From contig JBHLRZ010000008.1 of NCBI GenBank assembly GCA_048882045.1, positions 32,001-96,000 of the forward strand: a stretch of 64,000 nucleotides of DNA, written 5' to 3'. The DNA comes from Candidatus Thorarchaeota archaeon. GTDB lineage: Archaea; Asgardarchaeota; Thorarchaeia; Thorarchaeales; Thorarchaeaceae. The notes under the pieces are model-generated. The model saw only the letters and a program-made list of their open reading frames with translations. It was not told the DNA's origin and did no database searches. Shown here piece by piece: positions 55,920-64,000 of this stretch (positions are counted from its first letter, which is position 1; every line of letters starts with the position of its first letter). The position numbers and the translations under genes were made by a program.

Positions 55920-55959
55920 AAGTCTTATGAAGCTTCGTCTCGAGGTAGATGAATTCATG

Positions 55960-56000
55960 CAAAATAAATAGTGTCGGAGGAACGGACCATTTCCTCCGAC
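55960..56000 (-). terminator. Hairpin plus T tract downstream of the ECF-like gene
   Basis: GTCGGAGGAA-ATGGTCCG-TTCCTCCGAC followed by ACTATTTATTTT on the minus strand. Confidence 0.6.
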
Positions 56001-56029
56001 TGAGGTTTTATCTCCTCTTCACATGTGAG

Positions 56030-56821
56030 CTAGATTTCGTCCTCTCCTAACTCAAGCAATTCATAACTTCCAATACGTGATAATGGTAAATTGAAATCGC
56101 TTCTAGCCAATATCTCAACCAAAGCAGCTAGAATAAGCGCGACGATTACAGAACCAATGATTCTCTCAATTGGGATAATCAAAAGTGCAGGCGCAAACCA
56201 CACAGTAATAGTAGCTGGGTCGACAAGCAAGGCAATGTTGAACCAAAAGACTCCTACTGCCAGACCAAACACATGATCAAGGGTAACAGCAACTATGCTC
56301 AATAACCACATTGAAATAAAACTAAACCATCTATCAACATTCCCTATCCTCCTCAACGGTTCGAGGAACTTCTTTGACACTCTTGGTATAACAAAAACTA
56401 GGGAGAGTAGGAACACAATGAATTGGAACACAAGGAATTGTGGTAGCAAAAGTCCAATCGGGCCTATAATAAACACTCCCATGAAAATGAGATACGCAAT
56501 TGGAACTGCAAGTCGCCATCTTGTTCTCAAAGCACCGGCTCCAAATGCCCCAAAAGCTGTAGCAATTGCTGTAAATGGTCCAATTAGTGCTAAGGACGGA
56601 AACATTAGCATAGCAATTGATGACCCTATCAATACCGCAATCACCCCAAAGAACGGTCCCAGTAGGAATCCTACAATAGGAGCTGATATGAGACCAAATG
56701 ATATTGCCCCTTCTCCACCGATAGCAATGTTGTAAGGAATCAATGTGATAATGAGATGAATAGCACCAAAAATTCCTGTTAATGCCCAAGGATACGCCAT
56801 AGAACGTGATGAGATTGACAT
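56030..56821 (-). CDS. Membrane protein, ECF transporter S-component-like
   Basis: A...IF.A.....IP, I.G.LLGP..G..A..IG pattern, C-terminal IER; multiple TM segments. Confidence 0.65.
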   Translation of the reverse strand: MSISSRSMAYPWALTGIFGAIHLIITLIPYNIAIGGEGAISFGLISAPIVGFLLGPFFGVIAVLIGSSIAMLMFPSLALIGPFTAIATAFGAFGAGALRTRWRLAVPIAYLIFMGVFIIGPIGLLLPQFLVFQFIVFLLSLVFVIPRVSKKFLEPLRRIGNVDRWFSFISMWLLSIVAVTLDHVFGLAVGVFWFNIALLVDPATITVWFAPALLIIPIERIIGSVIVALILAALVEILARSDFNLPLSRIGSYELLELGEDEI

Positions 56822-56923
56822 TAATATGACCCATTATTTTTTTATTTAGTGTACATTAGTAAACTACATAGGTAGGTTTGTACACTTTACTGCGTATCAA
56901 ACCTCTATTTGAAGATGTTGGGA

Positions 56924-58249
56924 ATGACTGAAAACGAATCGAAACAATCACTATGGCCATATCTCCTCTTTCTCCCCTCGGAACAGGAAGCTAGGGACGA
57001 GTTTGTGCGTTCAGTGCTTTCATCACGGGTGGCAAGGAGTGTCTTATCTCGATTTGGCACTGATGGTCCAGTGCTGCAAAAGGATTTGGTTGAAAAACTA
57101 CCTCACTCAAACAAGAGTATCCTCTCCTACCTCTCAACTCTTCGTAAGTTTGGTTTGATAACAACAGGATCAACGATACGCCATGGAAAACGTGTGGTCT
57201 ATCATGAACTGACAAAAAGTGGATGGGGTCTTGCTCGGTTCTACTTTGAAGGTCTTCCATCTGATGTTGAGGAACTCACAGCTTTTCTGCTCGAGGACTA
57301 CCTAACACGCTTAACCACCTTGTATCGGGGACAAGGAATTTCTGAAACGATTCTCTTTGAGATATTTGCCCGGATGCGTGCTAAGGCAATACTTGAGGGG
57401 TCGAGAAAGTATTCGACTCCAGCATTTGTTCTATTTGGCGCCTCAGCATACAATACTAGGCTTGAGTGCGACAAACTTCCAGAGGCAGGTGGTCTCACGA
57501 GTTGCAACTCACCAGACAGAACATCAGGGGGCCCTACCATTGATCTTGCCATGGCTCTAGCAAATGATGGGTATGAAACATCTTTGATATCATCGGTGGG
57601 AAATGATATGGATGGCTGGAACATCATTACCAATCTCATTGAAGGTAATATTGATGTTGGTCATATTGTCGTCGAAGATGATAAACGCACGAATGAATCA
57701 ATAATCATTGATGAGGGCGATAAAGGGTCGCGAACTCTCGTCACTGTAAGTCCCACAACAGCATTATCGATAACATCTCCTGAACAGGTTCCCTGGAGTA
57801 TTGTTGAAACCTCGAAAGTTGTCTATATTGGAGAGGTTTTTGTAGAGGTGGCTGCTACTATTGCTGCTCATGCCAAGGTAACAGGTATTCCAACAGTATA
57901 CAGATGCTCAGTGCCATACTGGGAGGAATTTGGACTAAAGGGTCTCAGGCCAGTCCTTTCACAAGTTGATACCCTTATCATATCGAATAGGGCGTGGAAT
58001 TGCCTCAAGAAGAATGTTGGACCACGACCTGTGTCGAGTATTAGAAAAGTATCAGATACAGCACTAGTGATTCGCCAATCAAGAAATCAGTATCAGTTGA
58101 GTCGGGTTGGTGAAAAGGATCTTTTATTTTCTAGCAAGAGTGAGTTCCCAGACATCACTGAACGCTTCACTGCTAATTTGATGATCAAAATTGCAGACGG
58201 GGTGGATACAGAAAAAGCTGTGGAGTATGCTATTAGTGCTGAGAATTAA
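56924..58249 (+). CDS. Winged-helix DNA-binding domain fused to a degenerate PfkB/ribokinase domain
   Basis: N-terminal HSNKSILSYL..L...GLI...YHELTKSG; PfkB GG...A.ALA..G, VGND..G; the DTxGAGD motif is replaced by DITERF. Confidence 0.8.
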   Translation: MTENESKQSLWPYLLFLPSEQEARDEFVRSVLSSRVARSVLSRFGTDGPVLQKDLVEKLPHSNKSILSYLSTLRKFGLITTGSTIRHGKRVVYHELTKSGWGLARFYFEGLPSDVEELTAFLLEDYLTRLTTLYRGQGISETILFEIFARMRAKAILEGSRKYSTPAFVLFGASAYNTRLECDKLPEAGGLTSCNSPDRTSGGPTIDLAMALANDGYETSLISSVGNDMDGWNIITNLIEGNIDVGHIVVEDDKRTNESIIIDEGDKGSRTLVTVSPTTALSITSPEQVPWSIVETSKVVYIGEVFVEVAATIAAHAKVTGIPTVYRCSVPYWEEFGLKGLRPVLSQVDTLIISNRAWNCLKKNVGPRPVSSIRKVSDTALVIRQSRNQYQLSRVGEKDLLFSSKSEFPDITERFTANLMIKIADGVDTEKAVEYAISAEN

Positions 58250-58253
58250 TGGT

Positions 58254-59201
58254 TTAGCTACTTGATGAAGCAGCTATCCAAAAGAAGAGCCCGCCTAGTA
58301 TCCAGACGAAGAGTCCTGCCCCAAGGATGATTCCAAGAGTCGCTCCCATTCCTGAAGAGCCAAGATTGACATGCATGTTAGTGAATCTCTTGAAACCGCC
58401 AACGTACTTAGTTTCATAGTTACAATGGAACTCCTTGTCTGTGACAGCACCACATATTCCACACACAAATCTATTTTGAAGAACTGCTCCAAAAAGACTG
58501 TCAAGGTTGCATCCAATGAATGCAGTCAATGTAGACAATGGGACAAGAATGATCAGCTGCTCTGTTGTTGTGACTGCCCAAACTGAGCCTGGTGCAATCA
58601 GAGCTATGATAAGTGCAAGCAAGCCAATGAAAAATCCTGCAAAGAGAGCCATTCCCTCTCCAAGAAGTGAAACCGCACCAATCGTTCCTCGTGGAACTTT
58701 TCGTCGTAGATTGGTTATGAGTCTGGGTTTACTCTTACTGAAGACACCAATCTCACTAGCGAGGGTATCGGCACTTGTCGTGGCAACTGCTCCGATATAT
58801 CCTCCAAACATGAGGAATGGCCAGCCAGCTGCTGCAAGATCGGGTGCAATTTCAGGACCTGTCAAAAACATGGCTATCGAGAACATCATTGGGATGATAC
58901 CGCTTCCGAGGACATTGACCCAGGAACGTTTGCCCTTTCCTTCTTGGGCAAGATTGTGCTTTGCCTTCTCATTATATTTCATCTTGGTCGCAAGACCTGC
59001 GCTCAAGAAGAAAAAGAGGATGATGATGAAAGAAATAGCACCGCCTGTGTACCAAATTGTGAAACCAACAACAAAGGCACTAATGAGACCGGAGATATCT
59101 ACAAAGTTCAGCCTATACGCTAAAGCTCCAACTATGGTCATAACCAATAATCCGGATACAGCCGGATGAGCTAGTATTTGCAGCATTCGCTCCACATCCA
59201 A
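58254..59201 (-). CDS. DUF92 (TMEM19-like) membrane protein
   Basis: R...NV...G, ADTLASEIG, PRLIT, GT.GAVS..G, DS.FGA.LQ, N..VN motifs. Confidence 0.9.
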   Translation of the reverse strand: MDVERMLQILAHPAVSGLLVMTIVGALAYRLNFVDISGLISAFVVGFTIWYTGGAISFIIILFFFLSAGLATKMKYNEKAKHNLAQEGKGKRSWVNVLGSGIIPMMFSIAMFLTGPEIAPDLAAAGWPFLMFGGYIGAVATTSADTLASEIGVFSKSKPRLITNLRRKVPRGTIGAVSLLGEGMALFAGFFIGLLALIIALIAPGSVWAVTTTEQLIILVPLSTLTAFIGCNLDSLFGAVLQNRFVCGICGAVTDKEFHCNYETKYVGGFKRFTNMHVNLGSSGMGATLGIILGAGLFVWILGGLFFWIAASSSS

Positions 59202-59536
59202 TAGTTGTTAAAGGTTTCAAACCGTGGTCATATCGCCGAAATCATTTCGAATGTTCTACGAGTATATATCATGTTCTCGTTGTTGTGTCCGGTTACCAAC
59301 CAGCGGCCGAAAGTTTGCATTTATAGCTTTGCCTTAGGAATAGTTAGATTTCACTTTTTTTTCGCCAATATAATGATTTTCCTTCAGAATACGGCAAATG
59401 TCGAACAGGAATTCCGTGATGATGTGTTCGGCAAAGGCCGAAACACCCCCGTCTTTTAGAATCGCTTCTCATATTTCTCTATCTTTAAAATAGAGGGCTA
59501 TGAATATTTTATAATCGTAGAATATTGGCGCGAAAT

Positions 59537-62500
59537 TTAGTAGACAGTGAACTGTCTTCTAATTAGATTGATCGCTCTTGCTGGAAGTGGGCGACCGCCT
59601 TGAACCATTACCGCATCGACGTAGTATCCAGTTACAACATCAATGGGTGGAGTCATCCATCTGATCTTTATGATGTTGTGAGTAGACTTAGGATCCGGAA
59701 TTGGCAGAGTGAATTCTTTCACAAGTTCTCTAACGGTCATTATCCGAATACTCAAAGCCAAGTCTTCAATGTCTGCTCGATTACTTTCGACTGACGCAAT
59801 AATGTCAATTGGTGTCAGTCTTGCTACAAGACCAGGTATCTCTTCTCCGGACTCATCCCGAACTGAAAAACTCACTTTGAATAGGGATTCGTCAATTGCT
59901 TTGATTTTGAATCTCTGTCTGTTCTCACACGCTCTCCTACCACATCTCAGTATTGCACGTAGATGGGCAGTACTCATTTCAGCACTCATAGGGACTCGGA
60001 AAGGTATTGGCAGAATGCGTTGCTGCCCTGGATCGAGATCTATCTCACGAGTAACGAGTAACCTGTTGCCTCCGATTGATTCGAGTTCTATTGAGAGAAC
60101 ACACTTTGATGCCTTCTCGAGATTGCTCGTAATCTGAACAGATGGCTGCACAATTTCATCTGGAGCAGCAAAACCTGGGAGTCCAATAAACTCGAGACTT
60201 GCAATATCTTCTTGAGGTCCACCAACAAGAATGATTTCCGCAGTTCTACTATCTACTTCAATTCCTGCATAACTTAGTTTGGCTATCAGAGTTACACTCC
60301 TCGGATCAATTTCAGAACGTGGTGCTGGAATGACTATTGGACCAAAGGCAAGTGAGAGATTCTTGCTCTGTTTAACAGACTGACTCAATACACGTTGTTC
60401 CTCTCCATCGGGATATTTGAAGGACATAGTCAGAACTGCTGGTTCTCCAACCTCTGTGTTCCTCCTAACCCTCAACCATCCTGACACCTTTCCACCTACA
60501 TGCGACCTCTTTGGTAAGCGGAGTGAGTCAATGTTTACTCTCGTGGTTATCTGATCTATTCTGAACCTGTCTGATTCTGTTGATCCAATGTTTTGACCCT
60601 TGTCCACCAGTGTTGCTTTGAGAATTCCAACACGATCAGCTGGACTCTCTGTAGTCAACGTTGGGATCTTCCACCTGAACCTTGTTTCCCCTCCCACGAA
60701 TTCATGGTGCAAGAATTCCTCTATGAGCTGTGACCTACCTGAATCGCTTTTGAACTCAAGCGTCAACCTTGCATCCTCCGTACCAGACTTCTTCCCAAGG
60801 TTACTAACAATAATTGCCCCAGAAATCAGATCTCCGGGAACGTACATGTTCTTGAACTCACAGTCCAATATGACCTGTGGACCTCGCTTGACAAATCCAA
60901 TGTAGAATGGTTTTGACATTGTTTCGGCTATTTCAGACCCATCCTCATTGAGAAGTTTCAACTGAAGAACACATCTCTCCACACCGGTTGACGCATCAGG
61001 TGGAATCAGTATTGGTGTGAACTGGGACTGATCCAAGTCAGTTGATTCGCCACTCTCAATCTCAAGGATATCCTCAGAAGTTGCCAACACCTCGCTTATG
61101 CTTGGTGACATTACACTTACTTGAGAACGAACCTTTGCTTTTAGCGGATAGTTTGTCTCAATCTGTCCCGTGAACATAACGGGAGTCTTTCCGTCAGCAA
61201 ACTGGGTTGTTGTCCCTGGTTTGATTGATGCTCTCATCCAATACATATTGATAGTGCTTGAGAGAGTGATGACTCTTCCAACAAAGCCCACCTTTGCAAT
61301 AATGTTGTAGGCTGCAATATTCTTCCTTGTAGCAAACGAAACGTCTGAAACATGAATCTCTCCATTCTCAATGGTTGATATGGAAATGACCTCAGTTTCA
61401 ACAAGATTCCTTTCTGAATCCTCTATCGTGTATGTGATTGCAATATCTTCCAACCTACGTCCAGTGAAATTCCTCACCAATATACTGAACTGAACCTCTT
61501 GTCCAGCAAATACCCTCTCCATATCAGTCACTATCTCTGGTTCGAGACCTTTCCACCAACAGATCCATGTTGGAAGATGAGGGGTTCCTTCAATAGGATC
61601 GTATAACCAGTTCGTACTACACTCTCTCGTCACTTCTGCTAGCTTCTTCAGCAAAACAACCATGTTGTTGTCTGATTTTGCATAGACTTCTAGCTGGAAA
61701 TCTGAACCTGTGGTTCTCGGATTTGAGAACTCACTTCCAAATACAGATACAAGCAAGGCCTGCATGAATGGATTCTCAATGATATTGAGTTCCTCAAGTT
61801 CATCTTTTATCATGTATAACATAGAAGCAACTGCGTCACCCATGAAGCGGTTCTTCTTCTCACTCAATTCACCATTGTCAGATATTTGACTGTTGTATAT
61901 CCTCACATACTCGGACTCTTTGGCTGCACTACTCGGTCTAAACGGTCCCCACAGTCCAGCAGCAATGGCAGATTCTCTATTGGCTGCTAACGATTTTGGA
62001 CCAACATCTGGGATTGTGACTCCACTGTACACCATCTTCTTCGCCTTTAGAGCGAGTGCTTGAAGTATTAGTGCCAAACCCATCCTTCTGGGAATCGAGA
62101 GCTGTGTGTCAAAGACTCGGATCTCGATTGTTCCATAATCTGTAAACGGATACATGTCTACCATTCGAGCGTAGCTTCGATTGACATGTCGTGCGAAAGC
62201 CTCTCTGTCAGTACCACTGAGATATGGTATCAATTCAAACTCATTTGTAGGTCCCATCTGAGTAGTGTTTCTAAACAGTCTAATGGATCTCTTGCAGCGA
62301 GGAGCTCGGACATTACCTTCTGCAGATACTTCCACCTCGTCGGTGGGTCTCTTGTTCTCAAACGGTGAATTGACTGATAACGCAATGAGATGAGGTAGGA
62401 AGTTTCTGATCATGTTGTAGACAGATATCTTCGTTGTTTCGTCCACGCTGGTATCGAGAATATGATGATGTTCACCAAAAGAGAGATTCCGTAAATACTC

Positions 62501-62974
62501 CTGAGTTGGATTCAAACCTGTTGAAACCAGAATGGCTTGGGCGTCTGTGGGAAGGGATTCCTGAGAGATTGCTATGAGCGTCTGAATCCACCAAGCAAGT
62601 TCTTCAAGTGTCGTACAGGGTGGTGTGGCAACTTCCAGAATCCAGGTAAGGCTTGTTACATTGGGGTCGTGTCCTAGGAGTGTGTATTCTTTAGGCTCAC
62701 CGGTCGGATCCTCATATGCGGCAACTATTCTCGACCCTCTTTCTCCCTCTTCAGTCTGAGCCGACTGCTTGTACTTTCTTTTAACTGACTCTACATTTGA
62801 TGTCCGAATTCTTTTATCAAGAAGGCCTTTCGCACTTGAAACTATTTTGTCAAACACCTGAAGGATGTTTTCTCCTCGAATCCAAGTACCATCTTTCTTA
62901 ATGACCTGTAGTTCGACCTCAATACCATGGGGAAATGGCAGCTGCATCTCTTTGTGCATAGTGGTCGATTCCAT
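59537..62974 (-). CDS. Glutamate-cysteine ligase family 2 (GCS2, carboxylate-amine ligase) domain fused to a long beta-sandwich array
   Basis: GIEVELQ, LEVATPP, FGEHHHI, ALSVNSPF, GTIEIRVFD; the following ~670 aa are beta-rich repeats (FAGQEVQFSILVRN, YVPGDLISGAIIV). Confidence 0.85.
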   Translation of the reverse strand: MESTTMHKEMQLPFPHGIEVELQVIKKDGTWIRGENILQVFDKIVSSAKGLLDKRIRTSNVESVKRKYKQSAQTEEGERGSRIVAAYEDPTGEPKEYTLLGHDPNVTSLTWILEVATPPCTTLEELAWWIQTLIAISQESLPTDAQAILVSTGLNPTQEYLRNLSFGEHHHILDTSVDETTKISVYNMIRNFLPHLIALSVNSPFENKRPTDEVEVSAEGNVRAPRCKRSIRLFRNTTQMGPTNEFELIPYLSGTDREAFARHVNRSYARMVDMYPFTDYGTIEIRVFDTQLSIPRRMGLALILQALALKAKKMVYSGVTIPDVGPKSLAANRESAIAAGLWGPFRPSSAAKESEYVRIYNSQISDNGELSEKKNRFMGDAVASMLYMIKDELEELNIIENPFMQALLVSVFGSEFSNPRTTGSDFQLEVYAKSDNNMVVLLKKLAEVTRECSTNWLYDPIEGTPHLPTWICWWKGLEPEIVTDMERVFAGQEVQFSILVRNFTGRRLEDIAITYTIEDSERNLVETEVISISTIENGEIHVSDVSFATRKNIAAYNIIAKVGFVGRVITLSSTINMYWMRASIKPGTTTQFADGKTPVMFTGQIETNYPLKAKVRSQVSVMSPSISEVLATSEDILEIESGESTDLDQSQFTPILIPPDASTGVERCVLQLKLLNEDGSEIAETMSKPFYIGFVKRGPQVILDCEFKNMYVPGDLISGAIIVSNLGKKSGTEDARLTLEFKSDSGRSQLIEEFLHHEFVGGETRFRWKIPTLTTESPADRVGILKATLVDKGQNIGSTESDRFRIDQITTRVNIDSLRLPKRSHVGGKVSGWLRVRRNTEVGEPAVLTMSFKYPDGEEQRVLSQSVKQSKNLSLAFGPIVIPAPRSEIDPRSVTLIAKLSYAGIEVDSRTAEIILVGGPQEDIASLEFIGLPGFAAPDEIVQPSVQITSNLEKASKCVLSIELESIGGNRLLVTREIDLDPGQQRILPIPFRVPMSAEMSTAHLRAILRCGRRACENRQRFKIKAIDESLFKVSFSVRDESGEEIPGLVARLTPIDIIASVESNRADIEDLALSIRIMTVRELVKEFTLPIPDPKSTHNIIKIRWMTPPIDVVTGYYVDAVMVQGGRPLPARAINLIRRQFTVY

Positions 62975-62983
62975 GGTTAGCAC

Positions 62984-63628
62984 CTAGAACCCTGCAATGA
63001 TATTCAGAATTCGTATAAGAAGCGGAATGTTTTCAGACAAGCCGTGTGAGATGGTTAGTTCAAGTATCAGTTGATCCGATCTTTTTTCAAACGTTCTGAT
63101 TAATTCGGAAACGAGTGGCCCGCCACCAAATTCTCCAGCATCTTCAAGAACAACAACTCCCAAGGACTCTATCATCTTCCTTAGTAATGTTACATCGCCC
63201 TTCAAGTATCTCGTTCCTAGGATGGCGACGTTTTCTCTCTCAATTGGTCGAGGGAACTCTGACCATCGAAGGTTTACTATATATTCAACATGCTTCTTTT
63301 GATCCTCAGCAGTCACCATGTTAACAATACTTGCAACTGTTGATTGCGATTCAGTTCTGTCACTAGATTTAATCAGTGTGGGAATACCTCGTCCTTTCAG
63401 GTTGCTAAGAACACGCTCAAGCGGATCCCCCTGTATTAGGCCCGAAAGGACACATACGACTCCTCGTGAAGCTCCTTGTACAAAGACACCACTTGAAGAG
63501 AAATCACTTACCCGCATACTTCTCTCAATAGGTTCCAGTGCAGCATTCAAGTCCGAAAGTCTTTCCAGCAGAACATTGAGAACACTCTCTGCTCTCTCAA
63601 GTTCATGCAAAAGACTGGATCTACTCAT
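62984..63628 (-). CDS. Hypothetical protein, operonic with the GCS2 fusion
   Basis: 214-aa ORF; N-terminal coiled coil then an alpha/beta domain; stop abuts the SD of the next gene. Confidence 0.72.
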   Translation of the reverse strand: MSRSSLLHELERAESVLNVLLERLSDLNAALEPIERSMRVSDFSSSGVFVQGASRGVVCVLSGLIQGDPLERVLSNLKGRGIPTLIKSSDRTESQSTVASIVNMVTAEDQKKHVEYIVNLRWSEFPRPIERENVAILGTRYLKGDVTLLRKMIESLGVVVLEDAGEFGGGPLVSELIRTFEKRSDQLILELTISHGLSENIPLLIRILNIIAGF

Positions 63629-63697
63629 ATTCCTTGGCCACTCTCTGAATTTGGAATTGCAAACGAATCGTTATGTACTTTCTTAGCTTTGCAGCCT

Positions 63698-64000
63698 CTA
63701 TGACTTAGCAATCAGAGCTTGAAGTTCACTCATTTTTGCTCTGAAATCTTTCAGTCTGTACCAAGCTGATTCTCGGCCTCCGCCTTCTGAGAGTTTCCGT
63801 ATGAGAATCCCATATTCAAAACCAGCAATATCTCCCAGAATCACCAAAGCTCTTTCGGAAGTGAAGTGAGACTCATCTACTCGTCCATCTCTATATCTAG
63901 TTATTAATGGCTTCAGGGCTTTCTCTGCAGAATCGAGGTTGATAAGAGCTTGACGATAGTTCTCTTTGGAGTCCTTGATTGCGTATCCTCCTACAAGTGG
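63698..64000 (-). CDS. Hypothetical helical protein, 3' part (enters from window edge)
   Basis: Not in ORF track. Open for 100 codons from the edge: PLVGGYAIKDSKENYRQAL...KMSELQALIAKS*. Confidence 0.6.
   Translation of the reverse strand, partial: PLVGGYAIKDSKENYRQALINLDSAEKALKPLITRYRDGRVDESHFTSERALVILGDIAGFEYGILIRKLSEGGGRESAWYRLKDFRAKMSELQALIAKS

Noticed and set aside
55872-55920. Box C/D sRNA on the plus strand (ATGATGA ... CTGA)
   Set aside because: No clear D'/C' boxes, the C box is sequestered in a long stem, and G-U pairing favours the minus strand.
54530-59169. Long antisense ORFs (e.g. 54530-55219, 55307-55837, 58507-59169; also 52434-52952)
   Set aside because: They are shadows of well-supported genes on the opposite strand.
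1-64000. CRISPR arrays, rRNA/tRNA genes, transposases, integrases, prophage genes
   Set aside because: No regularly spaced repeats, cloverleaf or rRNA-like segments, or mobile-element motifs seen by eye. A tRNAscan/Infernal run would be needed to fully exclude small RNAs.
1-64000. Selenocysteine (UGA readthrough) or frameshifted genes
   Set aside because: The Fe-S and redox genes appear full-length with Cys motifs intact, and I found no split ORF or convincing SECIS.

Overview
A 64-kb, gene-dense chromosomal window from an archaeon, most likely an Asgard lineage and probably Thorarchaeia-like. This is inferred from archaeal marker families (PAC2, PDCD5, DUF35-thiolase pair, CdrS-like RHH) together with eukaryotic-signature domains (longin, E2F/DP-like winged helix, WH2-like motif). 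I saw no rRNA, tRNA, CRISPR array or transposase. Left part (5.7-29 kb): a lipid-catabolic region with two nitroreductase/3-hydroxyacyl-CoA dehydrogenase/enoyl-CoA hydratase cassettes, SCP2, thiolase+DUF35, and an FGGY kinase-glpABC-alkyl-DHAP-synthase-like-FeS operon followed by radical SAM, GNAT and aldehyde dehydrogenase genes. Middle and right parts hold the most unusual elements: (i) a full-architecture E2F/DP-like transcription factor (41823-42365); (ii) a cluster of three paralogous CDC48-N-domain+vWA proteins with no AAA domain, which is the domain order of DEPDC5/Iml1 of GATOR1; one is fused to a catalytically dead amidohydrolase that sits head-to-head with its active paralogue; (iii) a longin+winged-helix (NPRL2-like architecture) gene about 8 kb away; (iv) a TPR/SNAP-like protein with a WH2-like motif; (v) a ~1145-aa GCS2 carboxylate-amine ligase with a long beta-sandwich tail. 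Family assignments come from motif recognition by eye, with no database searches. Many starts were moved from the ORF-track start to a codon behind a Shine-Dalgarno site.
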